26,216 nt of DNA from Candidatus Binataceae bacterium (GTDB lineage Bacteria > Desulfobacterota > Binatia > Binatales > Binataceae). A model generated the notes under the pieces. That model did not search any database. It saw only the letters and a list, made by a program, of their open reading frames with translations, and was not told the origin of the DNA. The position numbers and the translations under genes were made by a program. Of this stretch, positions 25,477 to 26,216 are shown piece after piece (positions within the stretch are counted from its first letter, which is position 1; the number at the start of each line of letters is the position of its first letter). The stretch covers positions 1 to 26,216 of the forward strand of contig DASXNP010000161.1 of the NCBI GenBank assembly GCA_036494985.1. The letters are read 5' to 3'.

Positions 25477-26216
25477 ATGGGAATATTCTTCTCGCAGCGC
25501 TATGTCGCGGCGCTAAACTTCCTTCTCATTGGACTGATCGCCTATTTCGCGGCGCTTACGGTTAACGATGTGATAGCACGACGGCTTGCCGACTCGGTTT
25601 CGCCGCAGCCGTGGTCCGCCGGACGAGTCGATCTCAAGCCATCTGCGCTGGGGCGCGAGTCTTACTCGGTAATTGCGCGGCGCGACATATTCAATGCAAC
25701 CAAGGAAGCGCCCGCGGTTGTGCCGCCGCCGGCGGTGGCACAGGACCTAAACATCCGGCTCTTGGGCACCTCGCACCTGACCCAGTCGCGGCCATTCGCC
25801 GTAATCGAAAATGAGCGTACCTCCCAGCAGTCGCTCTACCGGCTGGGTGACGAGATTGCCGGGGTCGGACGGCTCGTCGCTGTCGAGAAAACGCGCATCA
25901 TAGTCGAGCATCAAGGACAGCGGCTCGCGGTCGAGATTCCTTCCGAAGAGATGCAGGCACCCACGCCACTGCATCGACAAGCGCGGAACACAGATGAGAC
26001 CGAGGACGACCAAGCTCTGCCCGATGTCCCGGTACAACCTCCCATGGCGTCTGCGGGCGGCGTGCATTCGATGGGACAGAACCGCTATCAGGTGGACCGC
26101 AGCACAGTGGATTCAAATCTCAATAACATGTCGCAACTTCTGACCCAGATGCGCGCGATTCCGAATATTCAAAACGGCAAGTCCAACGGCTTTTCGCTCT
26201 CCGAGATTCAGCCCGG
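25477..26216 (+). CDS. gspC: Type II secretion system protein C (5' part; runs off the right edge)
   Basis: Not in the ORF track. Manual translation gives MGIFFSQRYVAALNFLLIGLIAYFAAL (TM), RRDIFN, NIRLLGT...FAVIEN...YRLGDEI (HR domain), then YQVDRSTVD...RAIPNIQNGKSNGFSLSEIQP (entry into the PDZ domain). Confidence 0.88.
   Translation, partial: MGIFFSQRYVAALNFLLIGLIAYFAALTVNDVIARRLADSVSPQPWSAGRVDLKPSALGRESYSVIARRDIFNATKEAPAVVPPPAVAQDLNIRLLGTSHLTQSRPFAVIENERTSQQSLYRLGDEIAGVGRLVAVEKTRIIVEHQGQRLAVEIPSEEMQAPTPLHRQARNTDETEDDQALPDVPVQPPMASAGGVHSMGQNRYQVDRSTVDSNLNNMSQLLTQMRAIPNIQNGKSNGFSLSEIQP

Noticed and set aside
1-26216. CRISPR arrays, tRNA/rRNA, IS or prophage genes, dispersed REP repeats
   Set aside because: Reading by eye found no periodic repeats, RNA-gene signatures, transposase or integrase motifs, or recurring intergenic palindromes other than the steroid operator candidate.

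Overview
GC-rich bacterial chromosomal window. The gene style suggests a deltaproteobacteria-like or Candidatus Binatia-like organism, which is inference only. I found no rRNA, tRNA, CRISPR or mobile element. The left end (1-5821, minus strand) is a compact steroid 9,10-seco ring-opening cassette: kshA-like Rieske oxygenase, a LuxR-HTH regulator (TeiR-like architecture), hsaA-like flavin monooxygenase, kstD-like dehydrogenase and an SDR that runs off the edge. The hsaA and kshA upstream regions share an 18-bp palindrome that looks like an operator. The rest is mostly housekeeping or accessory: GFA-family protein, ispF, lapA-like, moeA, an atypical MltD-like lytic transglycosylase, ntrB/ntrC-like two-component pair, thiE, a secreted hypothetical, a SnoaL_4 plus family III CoA-transferase pair, a SAM methyltransferase coupled to purM-purN-grxC, a lipoprotein, an orphan 8-TM DmsC-like membrane protein followed by a degenerate cold-shock-like protein, a GNAT, glpK, gshA and the 5' part of gspC (type II secretion). 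Starts were moved from the ORF track where an RBS or a stop/start overlap supports it. All family calls come from motif recognition by eye; no database search was run.
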